32,000 bases of DNA from Halomicronema hongdechloris C2206 (GTDB lineage Bacteria; Cyanobacteriota; Cyanobacteriia; Phormidesmidales; Phormidesmidaceae): NCBI RefSeq assembly GCF_002075285.3, contig NZ_CP021983.2:240001-272000 (forward strand). The letters run 5' to 3'. The notes under the pieces were generated by a model. The model did not search any database and had not been told where the DNA came from. It saw only the letters and a list, made by a program, of their open reading frames with translations. The number at the start of each line of letters is the position of its first letter. Within the stretch, counting starts at the first letter, position 1. This document shows, one piece after another, positions 17,507 to 25,248 of the stretch. A program made the translations under genes and the position numbers.

Positions 17507-18175
17507 ATGCGAATCCTATTGGTTGAAGATGATCATCACCTAGCGGCCTCCTTATCGGAAGCCCTTGAGGCCCAGCGTTATACCGTGGATGTGGCCCATG
17601 ATGGTGATATCGCCTGGCAGCAAATGACCCTGTTGTCCTATGACTTGATGCTGATGGATATTACCCTGCCCCAGGTGGATGGCTTGACCCTGTGTCAACG
17701 GTTGCGATCGCATGGCGTGGTTTCCCCGGTGCTGATGCTGACCGCCCGCGATACCAGCGGCGATAAAGTAGCCGGTCTTGATGCCGGTGCCGATGCCTAC
17801 ATGGTTAAGCCCTTCGACCTGTCCGAGTTGATTGCTCAAATTCGGGCCCTGCTGCGGCGAGGGCAAATGGCCCCACCCACGACTCTGCAGTGGGAACTCC
17901 TGCAGCTTAACCCAACCACCTACGACGTTACCTATCAGGATATCCCCATTCGCCTGACCCCTAAGGAGTTTGCCATTCTAGAACTGCTGCTGCGCCATGG
18001 CCGCCGGGTGCTCAGCCGTCACTTCATCCTGGAATCGATCTGGCAATTAGACGATCCCCCCGGCGAAGAAACCGTGAAAGCCCACCTGAAAGCCCTGCGG
18101 CAGAAGCTGTGTAAAGCAGGGGCCCCTAAGAACTTTATCGAAACCATGCATGGCTTAGGCTATCGCTTGAATTAG
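17507..18175 (+). CDS. OmpR-family response regulator
   Basis: 222-aa ORF. Receiver domain (MRILLVEDD...DLMLMDITLP...MLTAR...KPF) plus a winged-helix trans_reg_C domain (..LTPKEFAILELLLRH...GLGYRL). Confidence 0.9.
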   Translation: MRILLVEDDHHLAASLSEALEAQRYTVDVAHDGDIAWQQMTLLSYDLMLMDITLPQVDGLTLCQRLRSHGVVSPVLMLTARDTSGDKVAGLDAGADAYMVKPFDLSELIAQIRALLRRGQMAPPTTLQWELLQLNPTTYDVTYQDIPIRLTPKEFAILELLLRHGRRVLSRHFILESIWQLDDPPGEETVKAHLKALRQKLCKAGAPKNFIETMHGLGYRLN

Positions 18176-18342
18176 GAGATGGGCATCTTGATAATCCGTC
18201 TGCTTGGCCAAGTTACACCACCCTTCTGAGCAACACTGATCTCCAAGTGCCTTTGAAACTACTTTAAAGAAAGTATCAACTTAACCTATGTGCTTATAGC
18301 GTGGACTAGCTTAGGGAAATGTGATCTCAAACGCAGTGAAAA

Positions 18343-19722
18343 ATGTCTGATCTGCAAGATACTGCCTTACAGCTACTCCGTACTGCACTAGATAATCCAA
18401 CAGCTACATTTCGTGACAATCAATGGGAAGCAATTGAACAATTGTTGAATCCAGGGACACGCTTGTTAATGGTGCAACGAACTGGATGGGGAAAGAGTTT
18501 AATATATTTCTTAACTACACGTCTCTTACGCAATCGGGGAATGGGGCCAACTCTACTGATATCACCCCTCTTGGCTTTAATGAGAAATCAGATTGCTGCT
18601 GCTGAACGCATTGGACTTCAAGCTGTAACCATTAACTCTACCAATCAGAAAACATGGAGGGATATCCAAGAGAAGTTGCTGGCTGGGCAAGCTGATATAC
18701 TACTAATTTCGCCAGAACGCCTAGCAAATGAAGAATTTCAGGAAGAGATTCTATTGCCGCTGTCTACACAAAATGGCTTATCAGTTTCCCAACTTGAAGG
18801 AAAATTAAATCTTTCAAGAGGAAAAATCGAAAAAGTCTTAACCCTATTATCGGTAGAAGCCCCTTCTCCAGTCACAAAAATTAATGGTCACTGGCATTCT
18901 ACGCCTATTAACTATGAGATAGATCGAGAAAAGGTAGCCAAGCTAACTGAAATCAGAAAACGTGAACAAGCTCGGATGCTAAATTATATCAATACATATA
19001 ATTGCTTGATATTGTTTTTGGCTGAGGAACTAGATGACAATTCTACAACAGAATGCGGACGCTGCGCTGTATGCTTAGATCAGTCTCTAATTCCAGAAAC
19101 CTATTCTCTAAAAAAGGCTCAAGATGCCATATCTTTTCTACGTAGAACCGATCATACCATTACCCCACGAAAGCGTTGGCCTGCAGGTAGCTTTATTTCT
19201 TATTCATGGAGTGGAAATATTCCAATTACGTTACAAGCTGAGACCGGTCTAGCCTTATCACTCTGGGGAGATGCGGGTTGGGGAAGTTTAGTGAAGCAAG
19301 GAAAATATCAAGATAAATGCTTCAATGATCAATTAGTAGATGCTGTAAGTGAATTAATCCAATGCTGGAAGCCTGATCCGTTTCCGACATGGATAACTTG
19401 TGTACCTTCGTTAACTCGTCCTGAATTAGTTCCTAACTTTTCAGAACGTTTAGCCCGTAAGTTAAATCTGCCCTTTATATCTTGTGTCAGAAAAATAAGA
19501 CGTAATCATCCACAAAAAGATATGCAAAATAGTGTTAAACAAGCTCAAAACTTAGATGGGGTATTTGAAATTACTAGCTGGCAAGGAATAAAAGGCCCTG
19601 TGTTCTTGGTTGACGACATGGTAGATTCCCGCTGGACATTTACAGTAGTTACCGCTTTATTACATCAATCAGGCAGTGGTAGAGTCTTTCCATTAGCTCT
19701 AGCCCTCAACTCGCTTAGTTAG
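18343..19722 (+). CDS. RecQ-like helicase N-lobe fragment / winged-helix / Cys-cluster / ComF-type phosphoribosyltransferase fusion protein
   Basis: 459-aa ORF. The N-terminus aligns by eye with RecQ motifs 0/I/Ia/Ib (FRDNQWEAI, RTGWGKSL, LLISPLLALMRNQ, LISPERL). A RecQ-like Zn region follows (ECGRCAVC). The C-terminus is a ComF/PRTase fold (ITCVPS..., PVFLVDDMVDSRWT). No DExH box or motif VI was found. Confidence 0.75.
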   Translation: MSDLQDTALQLLRTALDNPTATFRDNQWEAIEQLLNPGTRLLMVQRTGWGKSLIYFLTTRLLRNRGMGPTLLISPLLALMRNQIAAAERIGLQAVTINSTNQKTWRDIQEKLLAGQADILLISPERLANEEFQEEILLPLSTQNGLSVSQLEGKLNLSRGKIEKVLTLLSVEAPSPVTKINGHWHSTPINYEIDREKVAKLTEIRKREQARMLNYINTYNCLILFLAEELDDNSTTECGRCAVCLDQSLIPETYSLKKAQDAISFLRRTDHTITPRKRWPAGSFISYSWSGNIPITLQAETGLALSLWGDAGWGSLVKQGKYQDKCFNDQLVDAVSELIQCWKPDPFPTWITCVPSLTRPELVPNFSERLARKLNLPFISCVRKIRRNHPQKDMQNSVKQAQNLDGVFEITSWQGIKGPVFLVDDMVDSRWTFTVVTALLHQSGSGRVFPLALALNSLS

Positions 19723-19731
19723 AGAGAATAG

Positions 19732-21039
19732 ATGGCAATACTGACACACATATTACAACCTGACACCCAGGCTATCTTGCTTCTATGCGCGGGGTTCGGT
19801 CAGTCGCGTCAAGTAGAGCCAAAGCCCTTGAGCCTCAGTGAGTATAACTCTCTGGCCCAAAAACTCCAACAGCAGCATTTACGTCCTGCCGATTTACTAT
19901 CCCCAGACGGACAAAGTTGGATTCAAAGCGAAGTTAATGGAAGCCTTAGTCCTCAAAGGATCGTCCATCTGTTAGAACGAGGGGCTATGTTGGCGGTTGC
20001 TGTTGAGAACTGGACTAGCAAGGGTTTGTGGATCTTAAGCCGTAGTGATGAGACCTATCCACAGCGACTTAAGCGTAAACTAAAACACTTCTCTCCTCCA
20101 ATTCTATATGGGGTAGGAAATCTGGCTTTACTATCAAAAGGGGGTTTAGCCGTGGTTGGTTCCCGAAGCATTGATGATGAGGGTCTTGGCTATACCCAAA
20201 GAATAGCTGAAAAGTGTGCTGAGCAAGGTATCCAAATCGTATCAGGTGGAGCAAGAGGTGTTGACCAAACCGCTATGCTAGCGTCTATTAACGCTGGAGG
20301 GACATCAATAGGGGTCTTGGCAGATAGTTTGATTAAAGCAGTTGTATCAACAAAGTATCGTGAAGGACTTCGCCAAGGACGGGTTGCTCTAGTCTCATCC
20401 TATGATCCCTCCGCTGGATTTAATGCTGGTAATGCAATGAACCGAAATAAGTATGTTTATGCATTAGCTGATCATGCTCTTGTCGTAAACTCTTCTTATG
20501 AAAAAGGTGGAACTTGGGCCGGAGCTAAGGAAGAATTAAAGAGAGAAAGCCATATCCCTGTTTGGGTTCGGCTAGAAGAAGACGTACCGCAAGGGAATCA
20601 TCAATTGGTTCAGCTAGGTGCTATACCCTTTCCGATAGAGCCTTGGAATCGTAACATATTAAACTTGCTAGAAGAAGCTAAACAACTTCATCGAGACAAA
20701 GCTCAAAAAAATACTTCAGAACAATTAGAGCTAAGCGAAATAAATAATCAAAAAGAACAACTGAGTAATATTGATATTCAGAAAAAAGAGCAACTTAAAA
20801 AATTTCCAAAAAATGCATATGAAGCAATTCTACCCTTACTTCTTTATCATTTAAGTGAACCTAAAAAAGATAAAGAAGTTGCTGAATTACTAGATGTTGC
20901 CATAGGCCAAGCAAGACTTTGGTTAAAGAAGGCTGTGCAGGAGGATCTTGTTAAAAAGGAGAAATCGAGTTATGCATTGAATCAAAATAATAGTCAATTA
21001 CAATTGTTGAAATTTAATTCAGTCTCTGCCGACATATAG
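19732..21039 (+). CDS. DprA/Smf-family (SLOG/Rossmann) DNA-processing protein homologue with a C-terminal winged-helix extension
   Basis: 435-aa ORF, 9 nt after the upstream stop. The core GGLAVVGSRSIDDEGLGYTQRIAEKCAEQGIQIVSGGARGVDQTAMLASINAGGTSIGVLADSL is the DprA signature. A K/E/Q-rich linker and a wHTH-like tail follow. Confidence 0.85.
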   Translation: MAILTHILQPDTQAILLLCAGFGQSRQVEPKPLSLSEYNSLAQKLQQQHLRPADLLSPDGQSWIQSEVNGSLSPQRIVHLLERGAMLAVAVENWTSKGLWILSRSDETYPQRLKRKLKHFSPPILYGVGNLALLSKGGLAVVGSRSIDDEGLGYTQRIAEKCAEQGIQIVSGGARGVDQTAMLASINAGGTSIGVLADSLIKAVVSTKYREGLRQGRVALVSSYDPSAGFNAGNAMNRNKYVYALADHALVVNSSYEKGGTWAGAKEELKRESHIPVWVRLEEDVPQGNHQLVQLGAIPFPIEPWNRNILNLLEEAKQLHRDKAQKNTSEQLELSEINNQKEQLSNIDIQKKEQLKKFPKNAYEAILPLLLYHLSEPKKDKEVAELLDVAIGQARLWLKKAVQEDLVKKEKSSYALNQNNSQLQLLKFNSVSADI

Positions 21040-21079
21040 TGTGGAGCTCTGGAGAATGCCTAACGGGCGTATTTAGTAG

Positions 21080-21426
21080 TCATGGGAGAAGATAGTGGGC
21101 GGATCTCGAACATGCGGGAATAGGGCCTCAAAGGCGTCCAGTCAAACAATCGGAGACGTGGGCCTGATCGTTCTCGAAGAGCCCAACTGGATCGACCTAG
21201 GCTTCCGATTCGCGCAACAGTTCTGGGGAAGAGGCTTCGCGACGGAAGTGGCCTCAGTGTAGGGCTAGGCCGCGTTCCAGAGACTCGGTCTCAACAAACT
21301 TAGCCTCTCTTCTTGCATCCTGAGAATGGGCCGTCCTTGCGGGTTCTTGAGAAGGCCGAGTTCCGCTTTATGGGGCAACGAGTGGTTCTCGGCATGTTGG
21401 TGGTTTGTTTCACCATGCAGTGGTGA
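21080..21426 (+). pseudogene. GNAT (RimJ/RimL-like) N-acetyltransferase remnant: 5'-truncated, two in-frame TAG stops and a frameshift
   Basis: Frame 2 reads ...IGDVGLIVLEEPNWIDLGFRFAQQFWGRGFATEVASV*G*AAFQRLGLNKL (stops at 21260 and 21266). Frame 1 then reads HPENGPSLRVLEKAEFRFMGQRVVLGMLVVCFTMQW* (TGA 21424-21426). The acetyl-CoA motif-A-like WGRGFATE is present, but the N-terminal ~40-60 codons are absent. Confidence 0.7.
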
Positions 21427-21478
21427 GGCGTCGGGTAGGCTGGATCAGTAGCTGTGATCAAAAGAACTGGCATAACAG

Positions 21479-23320
21479 CTACTCTATTTTGGGCAGCATC
21501 ACTGTGATGCAAGTCCCCCTCCCGGGCTGGCTGTGCACTGTCAAACACCCGTCCTGCAACTCAACACAGGTTTTCACCACCGCTAAACCTAGGCCCACTC
21601 CCGGCACCGATCCCACATTGGCCCCCCGGTAGAAGGCCTTAAATAGATTTTGCTGCGCTGTCAGGGGAATACCAATGCCTTGGTCAATGACTTGGAATTC
21701 CAGAATATCTGACTTGGCAGTCACAACCAACCGAATCAGACTGTCAGCAGCGGAGTATTTCACAGCATTGGAGAGCAAGTTGACCAAAATTGAGTGCAGC
21801 AGCTTCTTGTCCAAGTAGATCTTGGTATGGATAGCGTTACCCGACAAACTGAGCCGTTGATCTACCTGAGGCTGAATCTGGTCAAACACCTGACGACAAA
21901 AGGGGTCCAGCTCCACAATTTCTGGATTGACCTGCAGCTTACCGGCCTCAGCCCGGGTCAGGGTCAAAATATCATCCACTAACTGCCCCATGCGTCGAGC
22001 GGCTGCCTGAATGCGGTCAACCGTATTCATCTGTTGCTGAGGCGTGAGGGCATCACGATTAGCACTTAAGGATTGGGCGGAGATACTAATCACACTTAGG
22101 GGAGTGCGCAATTCGTGAGAGGCCATGGAAAACAAGCGTAACTTGAGATTACTCAGTTCTCGGGTACGCTCCAGTTCCGACTGCCAGCGAGACAAGTAAA
22201 TCAGCAAAATCGCCGTCATCAGTAAGCCGATCAGCACCGTGGCCAAGGCCGCCCAAGGGGGAGGGGAATAGGAGGGGGGTAGAAACAACAGGTGCCACTG
22301 CCGTTGCCCTACAGCTAGAGTTTGACTGCACTCTAAAGGCGTTGGACAGAGGGAGGTAGAGCGGAGCCAGCCAGACGATTTCCCTTCCGGCTCTGACCAT
22401 TTCCTAGCCTCATCCCCATCTGGCAATACTGTCTGGGTATCTCCGTCGTAAAACCCCAATAGCTTTTCGTCAGCCCTGGCGGTCTGATCCAAGATCCAGA
22501 AATCGATCTCGTGGTCCAAATCAGAGAGGGACTCTTCCACCACATCCGCCACCCGAAACACTCCCAGAATGTAGCCCTTCAGCTGTTGTCGTCGGGCTCT
22601 AGGGGTGGTGGCCGGCTGGTGATAAATGGGCAGAAATACCAAAAAGCTGTACTGGTTGTCTGCGGTTTCTTGCACCAGTTGAATACGGCCAGTGGCGGCT
22701 AGGGCGCCTGTGTCTCTGGCCTGCTCTAGGGCGATGCGACGGGTGTCGTCGGAGGCCAGATCGTAGCCCAGCGCCACTTCATTGGTTTGCCAGGGCTCTA
22801 GGAAGGTGACGGGGACATAGCTGCTGCGCTCTGCCGCCGGACGCAAAATCCCCGTAGCAGAGCGCTCGGTAATGCCTAGCTGCGATGGCCCCGAGGGGCC
22901 GGTCTGCGACCATCGCTCCGTCAGGGTTTGCAGCCACGCTTCATAGGCCGCGCGATCGCCATGGAGCACTAACGGCGCCCATTCCAGGGCCTGAATGCCG
23001 GGATAGGTCTGCACCGCCCGCTGCACGAATCGACTAAAGGCTTCGTCGGTGATGTCATTGGCATTGGCGGCATAAAAATCGCCGATAGCCAGCAACAACT
23101 CGTTATAGCGATTGGTAGTGCGCTGTAAGGCCGTGGTCAGGTTGCCGATTTGCCGTTGAAACTCTCCCTGCCGAGACAACTGTTCCCAACGACTGACCCA
23201 TGTCGTCGCCATCATGGTGGGTTCCAAACCCAAAGCCAAGATGAATCCGGCAGGGAAATAGCGGTGCAGGGAAGGCATTGGAGGCCAGTAAGAAATCCAA
23301 TTAAGAATGCCTATTGTCAC
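21479..23320 (-). CDS. sensor histidine kinase with periplasmic CHASE domain
   Basis: 613-aa ORF. It has CHASE-like sequence (..YPGIQALEWAPLV..., SYVPVTFLEPWQTNEVALGYDLASDDTRRIALEQARDTG), a TM helix, the HisKA H-box (SMASHELRTPL) and an HATPase_c domain (N, G1, G2 boxes). The start could be the internal MPSLHRY. Confidence 0.85.
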   Translation of the reverse strand: MTIGILNWISYWPPMPSLHRYFPAGFILALGLEPTMMATTWVSRWEQLSRQGEFQRQIGNLTTALQRTTNRYNELLLAIGDFYAANANDITDEAFSRFVQRAVQTYPGIQALEWAPLVLHGDRAAYEAWLQTLTERWSQTGPSGPSQLGITERSATGILRPAAERSSYVPVTFLEPWQTNEVALGYDLASDDTRRIALEQARDTGALAATGRIQLVQETADNQYSFLVFLPIYHQPATTPRARRQQLKGYILGVFRVADVVEESLSDLDHEIDFWILDQTARADEKLLGFYDGDTQTVLPDGDEARKWSEPEGKSSGWLRSTSLCPTPLECSQTLAVGQRQWHLLFLPPSYSPPPWAALATVLIGLLMTAILLIYLSRWQSELERTRELSNLKLRLFSMASHELRTPLSVISISAQSLSANRDALTPQQQMNTVDRIQAAARRMGQLVDDILTLTRAEAGKLQVNPEIVELDPFCRQVFDQIQPQVDQRLSLSGNAIHTKIYLDKKLLHSILVNLLSNAVKYSAADSLIRLVVTAKSDILEFQVIDQGIGIPLTAQQNLFKAFYRGANVGSVPGVGLGLAVVKTCVELQDGCLTVHSQPGRGTCITVMLPKIE

Positions 23321-23552
23321 ACAGGTTTTGTCAGCAAGAAAGGCAAGATCTGAGCTTTAAAATCTACAAGGCAGATCTTCCCATTTTCTTCCCGTTTTCT
23401 TTCCGAAATTTTGCTGCAGCTACTAGTAAGGTGATTCCTAACTTTCAGACAAAGACGAGACTGGCTTTTCTTAAAGTGTAGCGATTTTTACTCTTTTTTG
23501 AAAAGTATCTGGGAAGCCATTTTTGCCCCCTTCAACACTGACTTTATCTGCC

Positions 23553-23918
23553 ATGAGACGACGACGCTTACTGAAAACCAGCCTCGGCTTAACAGTCGGT
23601 CTAACCCTAGCCAATGGCCTCAAAAGCCTGTAGTTCTCGACCCACAGCCGATGCCCCCTGCAGAATCAACCGCAGCAGGCACCAAGCCCTCGCGACGCCA
23701 GTTGACGGTGGTGCAGGGGGGCGGCTTCCCCAACAGCCTGGACCTGCATCGGTTGGGCACTAAACCGTCCGGCCTATGGTATCTCCTGGGCCATATACGA
23801 CCGGTTGATGACGTTTTCTGGTACCAAGGAGTCAATGGCCCGATGGATCCCTTTCCTATGACTACACGGTGTTGGAGCCTGAAATTGGCGGAAAGCTGGG
23901 AAATGGCTTGAGGACGGC
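23553..23918 (+). pseudogene. Disrupted 5' part of the ABC substrate-binding protein gene (Tat signal plus first ~120 codons spread over three frames)
   Basis: ATG 23553 gives the Tat-type signal MRRRRLLKTSLGLTVGLTLANGLKSL, then TAG at 23631. Protein-like segments follow in changing frames: RRQLTVVQGGGFPNSLDLHRLGT (f2), NRPAYGISWAIYDRLMTFSGTKE (f3), YDYTVLEPE (f1), LAESWEMA (f2), EDGMSFTFF (f3). Confidence 0.6.
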
Positions 23919-25244
23919 ATGTCATTCACCTTTTTTCCTGCGGCAAGATGCACCTTCCACGATGGCACCCCGGTGACGGCCAATGACGTCAAGTGTCCTA
24001 CGACAGGGCCGTGTCCATTGGCGGCTTTCCACACCTTTCAGATGAAAGCCGGTGCTCTGGAAAGTCCAGACCAGTTTGAAGTGGTCGATGACCACACCTT
24101 CCGGGTCAAGTTTCTGCGGCCCGACAAGCTGACCATGATCGACATGGCCGTGCCGATTCCGGTGGTGATCAACGCTGAGTTGGTGAAGCCCCATCTGACT
24201 GAAGCGGATCCCTGGGGGGCCGAGTGGTTAAACAGCAACGATGCCGGCGGCGGCGCCTACACGGTGGCGGAATTTAAGCCGAATGAGCGGATCGTGCTGC
24301 AGCGGTTCGATGACTGGAAGTCTGGCCCGCCGCCGCAGATTCAAGAGGTGATTGTGCTGAATGTGCCGGAGACCGGCAATCGCCGTGCCCTGCTGGAGAA
24401 AGGCGATATCGACATCAACTACGACCTGTCGGAAAAGGACCAGAAAGAACTCTCGGAGATGGGCAAGTTCACCATGGTCTCGACCCCCATTGAGAACTGT
24501 CTGTACTCCGTCGATATGCACGCCAATCCTCAGCTGAAAGGAGCCGAGAACCCCTTTGCCGATGTCAAGGTGCGGCAGGCGGTGGCCTATGCCGTTCCCT
24601 ACGACGCCATCATGGAAACGGCCTGTATGGTCAGGCGGTGCCCATGTACCGCAGAGGGAACTTTCGAGCCCGATGCCACCACGTGGCCTCAACCCACCCC
24701 CTATAAGACTGACTTGGCCATGGCCAAGAAACTCATGGCCGAGTCCAGCTATCCGGATGGGTTCGAGACCACCCTGGCCTTCGATATGGGTACCAAAGAA
24801 TGGGCCGAACCGGCGGTGGTGCTGATTCAGGAAGCTTTGGCGGAACTGGGCATTACAGTCAATATCGAAAAGGTGCCCAATGCCAACTTCCGCTCGGTGC
24901 TGGTGGAAAAAAGCCGTCCCATGATCATCAATAACTTCGGCGGCTGGCTCAACTACCCGGACTATTTCTTCTTCTATGCCTACCACGGCCAAGATGCCAC
25001 TTTTAACGGCAGCTCCTACCAGAACCCGGAGATGGACAAGCTGATCGAGGCGGCCCTGGCGTCAAAACCGGGGGAGCTCGAGTACGAAGAGAATGTCACC
25101 GGCTTCATCCAGATGGCCTGGCAGGAGGTACCGCGAGTGCCGTTGGTGCAGCCGAAGCTATCGGTGGCGATGCAACCCAGTGTTAGCGGCTATCAGTACT
25201 GGTTCCACCGCCAGTTAGACTTCCGGCAGTTGCAGAAGGCGTAA
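23919..25244 (+). CDS. ABC transporter substrate-binding protein, family 5 (peptide/nickel/opine type); longest open frame of a probably disrupted gene
   Basis: 441-aa ORF with family-5 SBP features (FHDGTPVTANDV..., ..RIVLQRFDDW.., ..NNFGGWLNYPD..). It lacks its own signal peptide, which lies upstream in another frame. Confidence 0.75.
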   Translation: MSFTFFPAARCTFHDGTPVTANDVKCPTTGPCPLAAFHTFQMKAGALESPDQFEVVDDHTFRVKFLRPDKLTMIDMAVPIPVVINAELVKPHLTEADPWGAEWLNSNDAGGGAYTVAEFKPNERIVLQRFDDWKSGPPPQIQEVIVLNVPETGNRRALLEKGDIDINYDLSEKDQKELSEMGKFTMVSTPIENCLYSVDMHANPQLKGAENPFADVKVRQAVAYAVPYDAIMETACMVRRCPCTAEGTFEPDATTWPQPTPYKTDLAMAKKLMAESSYPDGFETTLAFDMGTKEWAEPAVVLIQEALAELGITVNIEKVPNANFRSVLVEKSRPMIINNFGGWLNYPDYFFFYAYHGQDATFNGSSYQNPEMDKLIEAALASKPGELEYEENVTGFIQMAWQEVPRVPLVQPKLSVAMQPSVSGYQYWFHRQLDFRQLQKA

Positions 25245-25248
25245 GCCC

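Larger units (their letters stand above)
18180..21075. other. Low-GC genomic island (putatively horizontally acquired), two genes, no recognisable mobility gene
   Basis: Hand counts on 60-nt lines give about 27-43% GC inside versus about 55% or more in the flanks. No GCGATCGC occurs inside, versus at least 10 elsewhere in the window. Codon and amino-acid usage is shifted (K/N/I/E-rich). Confidence 0.65.

Noticed and set aside
18185-18235. Short ORF MGILIIRLLGQVTPPF at the left island border, considered as the missing N-terminus of the truncated GNAT gene.
   Set aside because: It has only 16 codons, the AGGAG abuts the ATG with no spacing, and the similarity to the GNAT N-terminal RL.LR pattern is too weak to support.
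17507-23320. Response regulator and CHASE kinase as a cognate operon split by the island.
   Set aside because: The two genes are convergent rather than co-oriented, so they were probably never one transcription unit. Partnership cannot be inferred from this sequence.
24228-24992. 254-aa ORF on the minus strand, antisense to the SBP gene. Similar long antisense or out-of-frame ORFs lie at 181-573, 4508-4900, 5280-5696, 6033-6401, 6921-7421, 7139-7540, 9013-9432, 14894-15319, 27188-27730 and 30609-31052.
   Set aside because: All lie entirely inside, or antisense to, ORFs with clear family signatures. They have Arg/Gly/Pro/His-rich, low-information composition typical of shadow frames in GC-rich DNA.
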